NCBI GenBank assembly: GCA_913775595.1
Contig: CAJYLB010000001.1
Coordinates: forward strand, 248,001 to 312,000
Direction: 5' to 3'
Origin: an uncultured Aquiluna sp.
Lineage (GTDB): Bacteria; Actinomycetota; Actinomycetes; Actinomycetales; Microbacteriaceae
DNA: 64,000 bases
Part shown: positions 37,484 to 48,908 of the stretch, in pieces
Numbering within the stretch: position 1 is the first letter of the stretch
How the letters are laid out: the number at the start of each line of letters is the position of its first letter
Position numbers and translations under genes: made by a program
Notes under the pieces: generated by a model
Databases searched by the model: none
What the model was told of the DNA's origin: nothing
The model's input: the letters and a program-made list of their open reading frames with translations, nothing else

Positions 37484-38200
37484 ATGATTTCAGTGGCAAT
37501 CCTTGGAGCATCAGGCCGCATGGGCCGGCTTACCAAAGAGCTGGTTGACTCAGACGCCAACCTAAAGCTGCACGTTGCCATGGACTCCTCCTCTGCGCAC
37601 CAGGAGATGTTGGGTGCGGATGTTGTTATTGATTTCACCAATCTCGAAGCCTCAGAGGAGCTAGTCAGGTTTGCCGTGCAGTCAGGAATGAAGGTCGTAG
37701 TTGGCACCTCCGGCTGGTCCGAAAACAAGCTGGCTGGCCTCGATAAGTTGCTCGGAGAGAATCCTTCGGCGGCAGTGGTTGTGGTGCCGAACTTCTCCAT
37801 TGGTTCGATGCTGCTGCAGCGCTTTGCAGCCGAGGCAGCCGCGCACTTCCAATCCATTGAGATCATCGAGGCTCACCACGCTGGCAAGCTCGATTCCCCC
37901 TCTGGCACCGCAATCAGAACGGCTGAGCAGATTTCCAAAAATCGACGGTCCCAACCCCTGATTCCTGGTGTGGACCAGGATGCCAGGGGACAGGTAGTCG
38001 CGGGGGTTCCAATCCACTCGCTCAGGATGGACGGCGTCAGCGCTAAGCAAGACGTGGTTTTCGGGGCCGACAGCGAGCAGTTGGTGCTTAGCCACGACGT
38101 CACCTCGCACCGCGCCTATGCCGCTGGAATTCTGAAGTCCATCGAGTTTGCAGCAGGCGCTAAGGGTCTGACTATCGGTCTGGAGAATGTTCTTGGCTAA
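37484..38200 (+). CDS. dapB: 4-hydroxy-tetrahydrodipicolinate reductase
   Basis: GASGRMG, VVGTSG, PNFSIG, EAHHAGKLDSPSGTA; start ATG 37484. Confidence 0.96.
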   Translation: MISVAILGASGRMGRLTKELVDSDANLKLHVAMDSSSAHQEMLGADVVIDFTNLEASEELVRFAVQSGMKVVVGTSGWSENKLAGLDKLLGENPSAAVVVVPNFSIGSMLLQRFAAEAAAHFQSIEIIEAHHAGKLDSPSGTAIRTAEQISKNRRSQPLIPGVDQDARGQVVAGVPIHSLRMDGVSAKQDVVFGADSEQLVLSHDVTSHRAYAAGILKSIEFAAGAKGLTIGLENVLG

Positions 38201-38645
38201 ACCCGCTACTCTCGCGTGGCTTGCCGTAATTGTTTTTCTAACTCTGCTTTATGCCTTTCAGTTATTTGAAAGGGCAGTCGTGCTTTTGCAGGATGGCTCT
38301 GCTGTCGCTATTGCAATGGGCCTTGCGATCCTTGTATTGCCGCCATTTGCACTCGCCTTTGTGATTATCGAGCTGCAGTTTGGCCTAAGGGCCGCAAAGC
38401 TCCAGCGCCTATCGGACGAGGCTGGACTTGGGTTCGACTACGAAGTTCGTCCCAGCGGCAGGGCGAAGCGCGAGAGCGCGGCGGTCGGCTTCGACCACTT
38501 TAAAACTTTGGTTGAACAAGATGAGGGTAATTACCTTTACTGGTTCCTACTCGCCGATGCCTACGACAAGATGGGTGACCGAGCTAGAGCTCGAAAGACG
38601 GCGAGAAAGTCTTTTCTACTTGCCAAGCAGGCCGGCGCGCTTTAG
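38187..38645 (+). CDS. Membrane protein with C-terminal TPR-like helix pair
   Basis: Two N-terminal TM segments, RPSGR motif, YWFLLADAYDKMGDRARAR; typical dapB neighbour. Confidence 0.75.
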   Translation: MFLAKPATLAWLAVIVFLTLLYAFQLFERAVVLLQDGSAVAIAMGLAILVLPPFALAFVIIELQFGLRAAKLQRLSDEAGLGFDYEVRPSGRAKRESAAVGFDHFKTLVEQDEGNYLYWFLLADAYDKMGDRARARKTARKSFLLAKQAGAL

Positions 38646-39065
38646 CAGCAGATACATCTGGCAGCCCAGGCAGAAGGCAAAGAATGCATTCAGAAAAGCC
38701 GCCACAAAAATAAAGGCAGCCGCAATCGCCACAACGAGCTCGCTGCCAAGCACGATGCCCAGACCACCGATAATCGCAAAGCTGAGTCCAACTTTCTGGG
38801 CAAACTGCGGAGGCCTAGGGTCTTCAAGTTCCGAAGGCTCTTTGAGCCGGGGTTTGATAAGCCTGCTGAAAAGAAGTTGGTAGGGGTGGGTCTTTGGAGC
38901 CAAAACGCTCCATAGAAAGAGCACCAGAAGTAATCCTGCAAGTGCATAAGCCGTGGAGGGATTACCCAATGCTCCGATAGCAGCTGCAAATGCAAATAGC
39001 GAAATCACGCTGGTGATACCAGCTCCAAATCGAGGACCCCTGGGGTCGATAAACTGCACGCTCAT
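38616..39065 (-). CDS. DUF4395 family membrane protein
   Basis: IDPRGPRFGA, EDPRPPQFAQKVG, LNAFFAFCLGCQMY motifs. Confidence 0.85.
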   Translation of the reverse strand: MSVQFIDPRGPRFGAGITSVISLFAFAAAIGALGNPSTAYALAGLLLVLFLWSVLAPKTHPYQLLFSRLIKPRLKEPSELEDPRPPQFAQKVGLSFAIIGGLGIVLGSELVVAIAAAFIFVAAFLNAFFAFCLGCQMYLLLKRAGLLGK

Positions 39066-39499
39066 TTCACTCCTAGCTTCTCCAGTTCCTGTACAAGTAG
39101 CGGCAGCTTTGGCACGCCGCCGACGCGGTAGACAATCTCACCTCTTGGATTCAGCACAAAAACGGTGGGGGTCTGGCTGATCCCAAAGTGGGCGGCAATC
39201 TCGATTCGATCCGTGATATCTACCTCTAGGTGGCTGAGGCCACCCATGCGATATTCCAGCTGGGCCAGCTGCCTTCTCACCCCTGGGCACTGCCCGCAGT
39301 ACTCGGTTGAGAATTGCAGCAGGGTTGCCTTCTTGCCTAGATCGCTGGTTGGAACCCCGTTTTTGGTTGCCTTCAGCCGGGCTAGATCGACCCGCTCCTT
39401 GCCCGCGACCTTGTGGCCGCGACCCTGGAGAAATCGGTAGCCGAAACCCAAGGCCAAGGCTCCTCCAATAAGTAGGCCGACGAGACTTAGGGAATCCAC
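39062..39499 (-). CDS. Membrane-anchored thioredoxin-family protein
   Basis: N-terminal TM helix, ATLLQFSTEYCGQC (CxxC), cis-Pro motif QTPTV. Confidence 0.85.
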   Translation of the reverse strand: MDSLSLVGLLIGGALALGFGYRFLQGRGHKVAGKERVDLARLKATKNGVPTSDLGKKATLLQFSTEYCGQCPGVRRQLAQLEYRMGGLSHLEVDITDRIEIAAHFGISQTPTVFVLNPRGEIVYRVGGVPKLPLLVQELEKLGVK

Positions 39500-39579
39500 C
39501 GTGCAAGGTTAAGCGAAAAGGCGAGCTCTAGGCGGAGTGTTGCGCTTTTTTACTTATGCCTAGCTTTAGGCTTGCTCCG

Positions 39580-40308
39580 ATGAGTGAGATTGAATTTAGA
39601 TCCGACGTGACTGTTGAGCTGGTTCGCTCCAGCGCGCAAGACGCTGACGTGCTTTTTGCGGCAAGGGTTTCTACTCAGGGTGAGCAGACTCTTGAGAGTG
39701 CCAAGGTTGCCGATGCCGAGATTGAGAAGCGTGACAAGGGACTTATCAACTACCTGATGCGCGATCGCCACGGCTCACCTTTTGAGCACAACTCGATGAC
39801 TTTTTACGTGCAGGCACCAATCTTTGTCTTCCGCGAGTTCATGCGCCACCGCATTGCAAGCTACAACGAGGAGTCTGGTCGCTACCGCGAGCTCAGGCCG
39901 GTCTTTTATGTCCCCGGCCCTGAACGAAAGCTGATTCAGGTTGGCAAGCCTGGCGCGTACGAATTTGAGGACGGTACGGCGGAGCAGACAGCCTTGGTTG
40001 AGCAGGAGACAATGGCCGTGACCAGAGCCGCATACGAGTCTTATCAACGCATGCTCGAGGCTGGTGTTGCCAGGGAGGTTGCACGAATCGTGCTGCCGCT
40101 GAATATCTACTCTTCGATGTATGTCACCATGAACGCCAGGTCGCTCATGAACTTCCTGTCGCTTCGTACCAAGCGCGAGGGAACTCACTTCCCCTCATTC
40201 CCGCAACGCGAGATCGAGATGGTGGCGGAGAAGATGGAAGAGGAGTGGGCCAAGCTCATGCCTCTGAGCTACGAGACCTTCAACGAGAACGGTCGGGTCG
40301 CTCCATAG
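39580..40308 (+). CDS. thyX: FAD-dependent thymidylate synthase
   Basis: HGSPFEH, RHRIASYNEESGRY signature, AREVARIVLP; start ATG 39580. Confidence 0.97.
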   Translation: MSEIEFRSDVTVELVRSSAQDADVLFAARVSTQGEQTLESAKVADAEIEKRDKGLINYLMRDRHGSPFEHNSMTFYVQAPIFVFREFMRHRIASYNEESGRYRELRPVFYVPGPERKLIQVGKPGAYEFEDGTAEQTALVEQETMAVTRAAYESYQRMLEAGVAREVARIVLPLNIYSSMYVTMNARSLMNFLSLRTKREGTHFPSFPQREIEMVAEKMEEEWAKLMPLSYETFNENGRVAP

Positions 40309-40341
40309 TCTTTCTCTCGCCTGTTTCGCTAGGCTAGCCGG

Positions 40342-41322
40342 ATGGTTACTCAAGAGCCCGATGTTTTTGGCCAGGTGCTTGTTGCGCTGGTGACGCCTAT
40401 GAATCACGAGGGCGAAGTCGACTGGGATGCCACCGAGAGGCACATCGACTACGTGATTTCTGCTGGCGCTGATGGCGTTGTCGTCACTGGCACCACAGGT
40501 GAAACCTCAACGCTCACAGATGCTGAGAAGATCAAGCTGGTTGAAGTTGGCAAGTCGGTGTCTTCCGGCAGGGCCAAGATCATTACTGGTGGAGGTTCGA
40601 ACGAGACCGCACACGCAATCCAGCTCTACAAGGCAAGTGAGAAGGCTGGTGCGGATGGAGTCATGGTTGTGACCCCTTACTACAACAAGCCAACTCAGGC
40701 CGGCATTCTGACTCACTTCAGGTTGATTGCAGATGCCACCGATCTTCCGGTAATTCTCTACGACATTCCTGGTAGGACTGGCGTGCCAATTTCATACGAC
40801 ACCTTCCACAGAGCGGCAAAGCACCCGAACATTGTCGCTATCAAGGACGCGAAGGGCGATCTGGCTCAGACCTCGAGACTGCTTCTGGAGACTGGGCTGA
40901 TGTATTTCTCGGGAGACGACTCAAACGTGCTGCCACACCTTTCACTCGGTGCTACGGGTCTAATTGGCGTGACCGCAAACATTGCCCCCCATGCCTACAG
41001 AGCAATGGTTGATGCCACGAATGCCAATGATTTCCATTCGGCGCTCGCGGTTCATAACGCTCTTGAGCCACTGCAGAGAGCTGTTATGACACACGTTCCC
41101 GGGACGGTTGCAGCAAAGTATGTTCTGCACGGCCTTGGAAAGATCTCATCGCCTCGCGTGAGGCTTCCATTGGTTGGTCCAGAGGACCATGAGGCTGCAC
41201 TCATCGAGGGCGGCATCGACCAGGTCAAGGAGGTGCCGGGAATCAGCTTCGACAACTTCCGGCCTGATCGCAACGCGGCCGCTGGCGGAGCATTGCCAAA
41301 GGTCGCCGGAACCACTCGCTAG
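40342..41322 (+). CDS. dapA: 4-hydroxy-tetrahydrodipicolinate synthase
   Basis: ALVTPM, GTTGE, TPYYNKP, LYDIPGRT, IKDA Schiff-base Lys. Confidence 0.97.
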   Translation: MVTQEPDVFGQVLVALVTPMNHEGEVDWDATERHIDYVISAGADGVVVTGTTGETSTLTDAEKIKLVEVGKSVSSGRAKIITGGGSNETAHAIQLYKASEKAGADGVMVVTPYYNKPTQAGILTHFRLIADATDLPVILYDIPGRTGVPISYDTFHRAAKHPNIVAIKDAKGDLAQTSRLLLETGLMYFSGDDSNVLPHLSLGATGLIGVTANIAPHAYRAMVDATNANDFHSALAVHNALEPLQRAVMTHVPGTVAAKYVLHGLGKISSPRVRLPLVGPEDHEAALIEGGIDQVKEVPGISFDNFRPDRNAAAGGALPKVAGTTR

Positions 41323-43004
41323 TGCAGATCAGCCCGCCTCCCGCACTCCAACCAGGAGTCCTCCGGATAGTTCCCCTAGGGGGACTCGGAGAGATTGGGC
41401 GGAATATGACCGTCTTCGAACTTGACGAGAAGATTCTGATTGTTGATTGCGGTGTTCTCTTCCCGGAAGAAACTCAGCCAGGGGTGGATGTAATCCTCCC
41501 CGATCTTGGCTATTTAGAAGACAAGCTGGATCGCGTCATCGGTCTGGTTCTCACGCATGGCCACGAAGACCACATAGGTGGTGTGCCCTACCTGCTGCGC
41601 ATGCGTCCAGACATTCCAATAATGGGCTCGCAGCTAACTCTGGCTTTAGTTGAGGGGAAGCTGAAGGAGCACCGAATCAACCCCTTCACTCACACGGTGA
41701 AGGAAGGCATGCGGGAACAAGTTGGCCCGTTCAATCTTGAGTTTTTAGCGGTAAATCACTCAATCCCAGATTCGCTGGCCATAGTGATTCGAAGCGCTGC
41801 TGGAAGCGTATTGGCAACCGGTGATTTCAAGATGGACCAGCTGCCCCTCGATGGAAGGATTACAGATCTCAGGGGATTTGCGAGAGTCGGCGAGGAGGGC
41901 CTCGACCTGTTTATGGTCGATAGCACCAATGCCGATGTGCCTGGGTTTACTCCACTGGAGCGCGAAATTGGGCCAGTGATTGAGTCGGTGATAGCAAAGA
42001 CCCCGGGCAAGGTTGTGGTGGCATCTTTCGCCTCCCACGTCCACAGAGTCCAGCAGGTCATAGATGCTGCGGTTGCTAATGGCCGAAAGGTCGTTTTCGT
42101 CGGTCGCAGCATGGTCAAAAACATGGGCATTGCCGCTGACCTTGGCTACTTGAGGGTTCCCGAGAATTCTGTCGTGGACCTCAACGACAGCGATCGAATT
42201 CCTGACAATCAGTTGGTATTCATGTCCACAGGCTCGCAGGGTGAGCCAATGGCTGTGCTGTCGAGAATCTCAAATAGCGACCACCGCATATCCATTGGTG
42301 AGTCAGACACAGTTCTGCTTGCGAGCTCACTGATTCCAGGTAACGAGAATGCTGTTTATCGAGTCATAGACGGACTAACCAAGCTTGGAGCAAACGTTGT
42401 TCATAAAGGCAACGCCAAGGTTCATGTTTCTGGACACAGCGCAGCCGGCGAGCTTTTGTACTGCTACAACATCCTCAAGCCACGGAACGTGCTTCCTATA
42501 CACGGGGAATACCGCCATCTGACTGCAAATGCGAAACTGGCAATCCAAACCGGTGTCAATCCTGAGCAGGTTCTAATCGCTGAAGACGGGGCAGTGATTG
42601 ACCTTCGAGATTCGGTTGCCAGCATCGTCGGGCGAGTGCCCTGCGACATGCTCTACGTCGACGGCAAGACCGTTGGCAAGATAACTGAGGAAGATCTTCG
42701 CGACCGCATGATTCTGGCTGCTGAGGGCTTTATCTCAATTTTTGCCGTTGTAGACCGCGAGACCGGAAGAGTGGTTGAGGGACCTGAGATCAGGGCCCGC
42801 GCCTATGCCGAGGAGGACCACGTCTTTGACGATATCCTCCCCACGATCGAAAAGGCTCTTGCGGATGCTGCCAACGACGGTGTGCGAGACAGCTATCAAC
42901 TGCAGCAGGTTATCCGCCGGACGGTCGGATCCTGGGTGGCGAAAGCCCATAGGCGCAAGCCAATGATCATTCCAATCGTTGTCTACTCCTCCCGCCCTGC
43001 CTAA
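41322..43004 (+). CDS. rnj: Ribonuclease J
   Basis: [36 protein letters not shown]. Confidence 0.97.
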   Translation: MQISPPPALQPGVLRIVPLGGLGEIGRNMTVFELDEKILIVDCGVLFPEETQPGVDVILPDLGYLEDKLDRVIGLVLTHGHEDHIGGVPYLLRMRPDIPIMGSQLTLALVEGKLKEHRINPFTHTVKEGMREQVGPFNLEFLAVNHSIPDSLAIVIRSAAGSVLATGDFKMDQLPLDGRITDLRGFARVGEEGLDLFMVDSTNADVPGFTPLEREIGPVIESVIAKTPGKVVVASFASHVHRVQQVIDAAVANGRKVVFVGRSMVKNMGIAADLGYLRVPENSVVDLNDSDRIPDNQLVFMSTGSQGEPMAVLSRISNSDHRISIGESDTVLLASSLIPGNENAVYRVIDGLTKLGANVVHKGNAKVHVSGHSAAGELLYCYNILKPRNVLPIHGEYRHLTANAKLAIQTGVNPEQVLIAEDGAVIDLRDSVASIVGRVPCDMLYVDGKTVGKITEEDLRDRMILAAEGFISIFAVVDRETGRVVEGPEIRARAYAEEDHVFDDILPTIEKALADAANDGVRDSYQLQQVIRRTVGSWVAKAHRRKPMIIPIVVYSSRPA

Positions 43005-43039
43005 CGTGTAAAAGGCCGGGTGCTTGCTACCTTTTTTCC

Positions 43040-45547
43040 ATGGCTGCAAAGACCCCTCCACCAAGACGGCCGGGTGGAAAGAAACCATCGCGCCCGGCTT
43101 CGTCAAAGTCTGTGCAGCCCAAAGACAAGAAATCTTCCAAGACCGAGCTCTGGCCTATGTTTACCAAAGGCTACATGGCACTAGCTCACGGTCTTGGTGG
43201 GGTAGTAAGAGCCTTTAGCACCGAGCGGTTAGCTGAGAACGATCGTCGAGATGGAGCACCTTTCTTCCTGTTTTTGCTGAGCATCCTGGGGGCAGCATTC
43301 GCTTGGTTTTTGATAGGCGAGACCTGGGCGACTCTGATTCACCAGTACACCTTCGGAATGCTTTTTGGGCTGGTGAGTTTTTCGCTCCCGGTTATCTTCT
43401 TTGGCTACTCACTGTTTCTTTTCAGGCACCCGGCCTCAATTCGAGATGGTTCCCGATTTGCGCTTGGCTTCTGGCTCTTCCTGTCAGTTATTTCTGGCTT
43501 TTTTCACGTCTTCCTTGGGAGCCCGTCACCGCAGGATGGGGTGCCGCTCCTCGCAGAGGCGGGTGGGCTATTCGGCTGGCTAGTTGGCGGACCACTGCTC
43601 ACCTTGCTGAGCATCTGGGGTGCCGTGCCGGCGCTAGTGGTTTTGGCTGCGTCCTCTGTTTTGATAATGACCGGCACTCCTCCGAACCGGATCAAAGAGC
43701 GCCTCGGGGAGCTTTACCGGTTCTTGTTCAATGCCTCAGCTCCAGAGGTATCAAGCGATGCTTTTGATGGCAAAAAGTCAAAGTGGTGGCAGTCTTCCAA
43801 AGAGCAAGAAGAGGCGTTTGAGACTCCGGTCGTAGACATTCCAGAGTTTGTAGAGAGCGACCTTGAATCCGTTGAAGAGCTACCCGATGCAGAGATTGCT
43901 CCTGAGCCGGAGGTAGACCTGGAGTTCCTCAATGGTGAGGAGGGTCTCACCGAGCCGATCGACATACCTCCTCCGAAGTCGAAAAAGCCTTACGTATTGC
44001 CTGCAATCTCGGTTCTAGCAGCTGGCACTCCAGCCAAGGCCAAGAGTGAGGTCAACAGTCAGGTCGCTGCGGCGATTGACGCAGTCTTCAAGGAGTTTGA
44101 TGTTCAGGCAAAGGTTTCGGGCTTCCAACGCGGACCAACTGTTACTAGGTATGAGGTAGAGCTCGCACCTGGCGTGAAGGTCGAAGCGGTAACTCGCCTG
44201 ACAAACAACATCTCCTATGCCGTTGCTTCGAATGAGGTGCGAATCCTGGCTCCGATCCCTGGAAAAAGCGCCATCGGCATTGAGATACCCAACTCCGATC
44301 GTGAAACTGTTTCACTGGGCGATGTTCTGAGAAGCAAAAACGCCAATTCCAGTACCCATCCGCTCACCATTGGGGTAGGTAAGGACGTTGAGGGCGGCTA
44401 CCTGGTTGCAAACCTTGCCAAGATGCCTCACCTTCTGGTTGCCGGTGCAACTGGCGCTGGTAAGTCAAGCTTTGTGAATTCGATGATCACATCGATTTTG
44501 ATGCGAGCTACCCCGGCCGAGGTCCGCATGGTGCTTGTGGATCCAAAGCGAGTGGAGCTAAGTGCCTATCAGGGAGTTCCACACCTCGTCACGCCGATTA
44601 TCACCAACCCCAAGAAAGCTGCCGAGGCTCTGCAGTGGGTAGTCAAAGAGATGGACTCTCGCTATGACGACCTCGCATCATTTGGCTTCAAGCACATTGA
44701 TGACTTCAACCGTGCTGTAGTCGCTGGGGAGATATCGGTACCTGAGAACTCGCAGCGCGAGTTGCAGCCGTACCCCTACCTGCTGGTGGTCGTAGACGAG
44801 CTTGCGGATTTGATGATTGTTGCCCCACGCGATGTCGAGGATGCGATCGTGAGGATCACCCAGCTGGCAAGGGCAAGCGGTATCCACCTGGTGCTTGCTA
44901 CACAGCGCCCATCAGTTGATGTTGTCACCGGACTAATCAAGGCAAACGTCCCCTCAAGATTGGCCTTCAGCGTCTCGTCCGTCACTGACTCACGCGTGAT
45001 ACTCGACCAGCCGGGAGCCGAGAAGCTCGTCGGTCAGGGCGATGCGCTCTTTGCGCCCATGGGTTCAAACAAGCCAATTCGCGTGCAGGGAGCATGGGTT
45101 TCAGAGGCGGAGATGTCGAAGGTCGTCTCTCATGTCAAGCAGCAGATGGACCCGGAGTATCGCTCAGATGTGACTGCCACCGCTCAGGCCAGGATCATCG
45201 ACAGCGATATCGGGGATGACCTTGAGCTGCTGCTTGCCGCTTGCGATCTGGTTGTTAATTCGCAGTTTGGCTCCACCTCGATGCTCCAGCGCAAGCTCAG
45301 GGTCGGCTTTGCCAAGGCTGGACGCCTTATGGACCTTCTCGAGTCAAGGGCTGTAGTGGGCCCCTCAGAAGGATCCAAGGCTAGAGAGGTGCTCGTGAAG
45401 CCCGAAGACCTCGCTGCCACTCTTGCTCGAATCTCGGGTCAAACCACGGCAAGCGTGGAAGGTGATGTTGCGCCGACCAACTCAACAGGGGAGGATAGCG
45501 ACGATGAAGATGCGTGGCAGCTCACCGGCAGAAGAGATGACTTCTAA
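43040..45547 (+). CDS. ftsK: DNA translocase FtsK
   Basis: N-terminal TM domain, Walker [26 protein letters not shown], gamma domain [21 protein letters not shown]. Confidence 0.98.
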   Translation: MAAKTPPPRRPGGKKPSRPASSKSVQPKDKKSSKTELWPMFTKGYMALAHGLGGVVRAFSTERLAENDRRDGAPFFLFLLSILGAAFAWFLIGETWATLIHQYTFGMLFGLVSFSLPVIFFGYSLFLFRHPASIRDGSRFALGFWLFLSVISGFFHVFLGSPSPQDGVPLLAEAGGLFGWLVGGPLLTLLSIWGAVPALVVLAASSVLIMTGTPPNRIKERLGELYRFLFNASAPEVSSDAFDGKKSKWWQSSKEQEEAFETPVVDIPEFVESDLESVEELPDAEIAPEPEVDLEFLNGEEGLTEPIDIPPPKSKKPYVLPAISVLAAGTPAKAKSEVNSQVAAAIDAVFKEFDVQAKVSGFQRGPTVTRYEVELAPGVKVEAVTRLTNNISYAVASNEVRILAPIPGKSAIGIEIPNSDRETVSLGDVLRSKNANSSTHPLTIGVGKDVEGGYLVANLAKMPHLLVAGATGAGKSSFVNSMITSILMRATPAEVRMVLVDPKRVELSAYQGVPHLVTPIITNPKKAAEALQWVVKEMDSRYDDLASFGFKHIDDFNRAVVAGEISVPENSQRELQPYPYLLVVVDELADLMIVAPRDVEDAIVRITQLARASGIHLVLATQRPSVDVVTGLIKANVPSRLAFSVSSVTDSRVILDQPGAEKLVGQGDALFAPMGSNKPIRVQGAWVSEAEMSKVVSHVKQQMDPEYRSDVTATAQARIIDSDIGDDLELLLAACDLVVNSQFGSTSMLQRKLRVGFAKAGRLMDLLESRAVVGPSEGSKAREVLVKPEDLAATLARISGQTTASVEGDVAPTNSTGEDSDDEDAWQLTGRRDDF

Positions 45548-46085
45548 GGGCTTTTTCTACCGCCAGACTCCAAACCTGATCACCGGTGGCCGCATTGCGC
45601 TTGTTCCCGTTGTGCTTTGGATGCTGATTGAGTTCTGGGACAACCCTTGGGGCAGGTTCTTTGCCATGCTCCTGCTGATTGCCGCCGCCTCTACGGACGG
45701 CCTGGATGGGTCAATCGCGCGGAAGCGAAACCTAGTTACCAACCTTGGCAAGATTCTCGATCCGATCGCGGACAAGGCTCTACTCTCGGGATCGCTACTG
45801 GTCCTCTCGTTCCTAGGCGCTGTTCCTTGGGCAGCAACTCTGATCATTCTCGGCCGCGAGCTTGGGATAACGCTTTATCGACTTGTCGTGATTCGAAAGC
45901 ATGTCATTGGAGCCTCCGGCTGGGGCAAGTTCAAGACAGTCATGCAGATAGTTGCTATTTGTATGGTGATTGCCCCATTTGGGTTCTTGGGCCCTTGGTT
46001 TGATTGGCTGACTCAGATCGTTTTGTGGTTCACGGTGGCGCTCACTGTTTACACGGGCGTCCAATACCTGGTCCCGAAGAAATGA
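45537..46085 (+). CDS. pgsA: CDP-diacylglycerol--glycerol-3-phosphate 3-phosphatidyltransferase
   Basis: [33 protein letters not shown] signature; start ATG 45537. Confidence 0.92.
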   Translation: MTSKGFFYRQTPNLITGGRIALVPVVLWMLIEFWDNPWGRFFAMLLLIAAASTDGLDGSIARKRNLVTNLGKILDPIADKALLSGSLLVLSFLGAVPWAATLIILGRELGITLYRLVVIRKHVIGASGWGKFKTVMQIVAICMVIAPFGFLGPWFDWLTQIVLWFTVALTVYTGVQYLVPKK

Positions 46086-46561
46086 TTATTGCCTCGGCAT
46101 TGGCCAAAGATCTCCACATCGCAACGGCTGAATCCCTGACGGGCGGTGGAGTAAGCGCAAAGCTTGCCCAGACCCCAGGGGCATCAAAGGTTCTGCTGGG
46201 AGGGATAACTGCATACCAGGATGAGATTAAGTCGCAAGTAGTGGGCGCGTCCGCGCAGCTAATCGCTCAACAGAGCGCTGTGGATGCGGAGGTCTGCGCT
46301 CAGCTCGCCGGAGGCGTCCGCTCCAAGTTTGCAGTCGCCATGGGGTTGGATGAATCTCGCGTGATAGGCATCGCGACAACCGGTGTTGCCGGCCCTGAGG
46401 CAGTTCAAGGAAAGCGAGTTGGCGAGGTATTCATCGGGATTGCCTCAAGTTCGGGCGTAAAGGTTTTTGGGGAGAACTTTGAAGGAGATCGGTTGGCAAT
46501 AATCGAAGCGACGATTGCTCGCTGCGAAGAGGTCCTGATGGAAGAAATTGAGCTTCTTTGA
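46082..46561 (+). CDS. cinA: CinA/PncC family nicotinamide-nucleotide amidohydrolase
   Basis: ATAESLTGG, PGAS, TTGVAGP; ATGA overlap with pgsA. Confidence 0.9.
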   Translation: MIIASALAKDLHIATAESLTGGGVSAKLAQTPGASKVLLGGITAYQDEIKSQVVGASAQLIAQQSAVDAEVCAQLAGGVRSKFAVAMGLDESRVIGIATTGVAGPEAVQGKRVGEVFIGIASSSGVKVFGENFEGDRLAIIEATIARCEEVLMEEIELL

Positions 46562-46642
46562 GGTTTAGCCTCAGGAAATACTCAGTAACCGGAATTACTC
46601 TTTGTCACATCCAGAGGGTAAGTTAGAGGGCCAGGAGGAAAC

Positions 46643-46957
46643 TTGGTACTACTAAGGCAAGAAATCGGTGACGTGCTTCGCACTCACCGTCAAGAGCGCG
46701 GTCAGACTCTGAGGCAGGTTGCATCAAAGGCCTCGGTGGCCTTGGGCTACCTATCCGAGGTTGAGCGTGGTCAAAAGGAGGTCTCCTCCGAAATCCTTGC
46801 ATCGGTTGCCGAGGCCCTTGAGGTTCCGCTGTCGGTTGTCATGCGCGACGTTTCTGAGCGCCTAGCTGCGGTCGAAGGCATCTACTTTGATGACACCTTC
46901 ATCCCAGACACCGTGCCAGACGACTTCGTCACCGAGGCTGAGCTCTACTCTCACTAG
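46643..46957 (+). CDS. clgR: ClgR-like XRE HTH transcriptional regulator
   Basis: LLRQEIGDVLR, TLRQVASKASVALGYLSEVERGQKEVSSEILA; position after cinA. Confidence 0.85.
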   Translation: MVLLRQEIGDVLRTHRQERGQTLRQVASKASVALGYLSEVERGQKEVSSEILASVAEALEVPLSVVMRDVSERLAAVEGIYFDDTFIPDTVPDDFVTEAELYSH

Positions 46958-47184
46958 TGACTCTAAGTCGCTTTCACGAATTACTCCTCGAAGAGTTTGG
47001 CGAGCAGTTTTCTCAGGTCATCTTTAGAGACACAAGATTGCTCAAATTTGAGGATAAGACTCCAGCCGAGCTCTTAGCCGCAGGGCTTTCTCCGAAAGAA
47101 ATCTGGTTTGCAATCTGCGATCAGCTAGCCGTTCCCAGTGAGCGCTGGCATGGCAAAACTAAGACAATCAGACACGCCGAATAA
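46957..47184 (+). CDS. DUF3046 family protein
   Basis: LSRFHELLLEEFG, TPAELLAAG, W...C...VP; usual position before recA. Confidence 0.85.
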   Translation: MTLSRFHELLLEEFGEQFSQVIFRDTRLLKFEDKTPAELLAAGLSPKEIWFAICDQLAVPSERWHGKTKTIRHAE

Positions 47185-47190
47185 AGTTAT

Positions 47191-47206
47191 TCGAAATTTT
47201 GTTCGA
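47191..47206. promoter_or_regulatory. LexA (SOS) box upstream of recA
   Basis: TCGAAATTTTGTTCGA, one mismatch to actinobacterial TCGAAC-N4-GTTCGA. Confidence 0.8.
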
Positions 47207-47242
47207 ACGCTTAGAGTTTCATCATCTCAACTAAATAGCTAG

Positions 47243-47251
47243 TTATCCACA
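47243..47251 (+). promoter_or_regulatory. Consensus DnaA box upstream of recA
   Basis: TTATCCACA exact match in the intergenic region. Confidence 0.55.
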
Positions 47252-47273
47252 GCGTGTCGGATGACAGCAAAGA

Positions 47274-47295
47274 TGTCTGAGTCAGGGTCTAGCTT
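47274..47295 (+). promoter_or_regulatory. RecA-NDp/PafBC-type promoter of recA
   Basis: TGTCTG-N10-TAGCTT, matching the TGTCGG-N10-TAnnnT layout with one mismatch. Confidence 0.6.
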
Positions 47296-47329
47296 TCACT
47301 TAGCTAACCCAGAGAGAGAAGAGGATCGC

Positions 47330-48418
47330 ATGCCATCAGCAGCAGACCGCGAAAAGGCACTTGAGACGGCGCTTGCACAAATTGACCGTCAGTTCGGAAA
47401 AGGTTCGGTCATGCGACTGGGCTCAGAGGAGCGTGCTCCCGTCGAGTCAATCCCAACTGGAGCCATCGCACTGGATGTGGCTCTTGGCATTGGTGGCATG
47501 CCGCGTGGCAGGATCGTTGAGGTCTATGGTCCAGAGTCCTCCGGTAAGACGACCATCGCGCTACACGCAATTGCGAGCGCGCAGGCGAGGGGAGGCGTCG
47601 CTGCGTTCGTGGACGCTGAGCATGCGCTTGACCCCGAGTACGCAAAGAAGCTCGGAGTCAACATAGACGAGCTGCTGGTGAGCCAGCCAGACACCGGAGA
47701 GCAGGCGCTAGAGATTGCGGACATGCTGATTCGTTCCGGTTCAGTAGATGTGATTGTCATCGACTCAGTTGCTGCGCTGGTGCCGCGTGCTGAGATCGAG
47801 GGCGAGATGGGTGACACCCACGTAGGCCTTCAGGCAAGACTCATGTCACAGGCCCTGAGGAAGCTCACTGGTGCACTGAGCAACACCGGAACCACAGCAA
47901 TTTTCATCAACCAGCTTCGTGAGAAGGTCGGTGTCTTCTTTGGCTCTCCTGAAACCACTTCCGGTGGTAAGGCACTCAAGTTCTATGCATCGGTTCGTTT
48001 GGACATTCGCAGGATTGAGACGTTGAAAGACGGCCAGGATTCAGTTGGAAACCGAGTTCGCGTCAAGGTCGTGAAGAACAAGCTGGCAGCTCCGTTTAGG
48101 CAGGCAGAGTTCGACATTCTCTTTGGCGAGGGCATCTCGAGAGAGGGCGGTCTAATCGACTTTGGAGTCGAGCAGGACATCGTCAAGAAGTCAGGTGCCT
48201 GGTACACCTACGAGGGTGAGCAGCTTGGTCAGGGTAAGGAGAACTCCAGGCGCTACCTCAAAGAGAACCCAGAGCTTGCCAATGAGATTGAGCAGAAAAT
48301 CAAGGCCAAGCTCGGTATTGGGGTTCCAAGAGCAGTTGCGGATCTCCCGGCCGAGGATGCATCAATGGAGAAGACCGAGGAAGCTGAGGCGGTCGCCAAG
48401 GCCGCCAATGACTCTTGA
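47330..48418 (+). CDS. recA: Recombinase RecA
   Basis: [38 protein letters not shown]; start ATG 47330 after SD GAGGA; no intein. Confidence 0.99.
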   Translation: MPSAADREKALETALAQIDRQFGKGSVMRLGSEERAPVESIPTGAIALDVALGIGGMPRGRIVEVYGPESSGKTTIALHAIASAQARGGVAAFVDAEHALDPEYAKKLGVNIDELLVSQPDTGEQALEIADMLIRSGSVDVIVIDSVAALVPRAEIEGEMGDTHVGLQARLMSQALRKLTGALSNTGTTAIFINQLREKVGVFFGSPETTSGGKALKFYASVRLDIRRIETLKDGQDSVGNRVRVKVVKNKLAAPFRQAEFDILFGEGISREGGLIDFGVEQDIVKKSGAWYTYEGEQLGQGKENSRRYLKENPELANEIEQKIKAKLGIGVPRAVADLPAEDASMEKTEEAEAVAKAANDS

Positions 48419-48896
48419 GCAAAGGGAACTAGACAAGCTCGACAAAAGAGCTCGGAATGTCCTGCTATATCAACTGGGTAGGTCGATGAAGACTCGGTAT
48501 CAACTTGAGCAGATAATGCACAAGCGAGAGATACCACAGGAAGTCTTCGAACCAATTCTTGATCGGTTCACCGAGGCGCAGCTAATCGATGATGCTGCCT
48601 ACGCACAGGCCTATGTGGCGAGCAGGTTCCACCAGCGTGGGAAGTCGATTGCTGCAATTCGCCGAGAGCTCAGGCAAAAAGGTGTTGCGGACGAGCACAT
48701 CGAGGTCGCAACCGCCGACATCGACCTAGAGCAGGAGCTGGAGGTTGCAATCCAGCTTGCAATCTCTAGATCTCGACGGCTTGCCGGCCTGGATGACCAG
48801 ACCAGGCAACGGAGGCTGTCGGGTTACCTTCAAAGACGGGGTTTCTCAGGGCCGGTTCTTACTCGAGCCCTGCGCGAGGCGGAGGCCCAAGGGTAA
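48408..48896 (+). CDS. recX: Regulatory protein RecX
   Basis: [30 protein letters not shown]; overlaps recA 3' end; start ATG 48408. Confidence 0.92.
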   Translation: MTLEQRELDKLDKRARNVLLYQLGRSMKTRYQLEQIMHKREIPQEVFEPILDRFTEAQLIDDAAYAQAYVASRFHQRGKSIAAIRRELRQKGVADEHIEVATADIDLEQELEVAIQLAISRSRRLAGLDDQTRQRRLSGYLQRRGFSGPVLTRALREAEAQG

Positions 48897-48908
48897 TATC
48901 CCTAAGCG

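Noticed and set aside
46562..46642. SigE/SigH-type promoter for clgR
   Set aside because: GGAA words are present but no GTT -10 at the right spacing; only a weak AGTAA/TTACT inverted repeat
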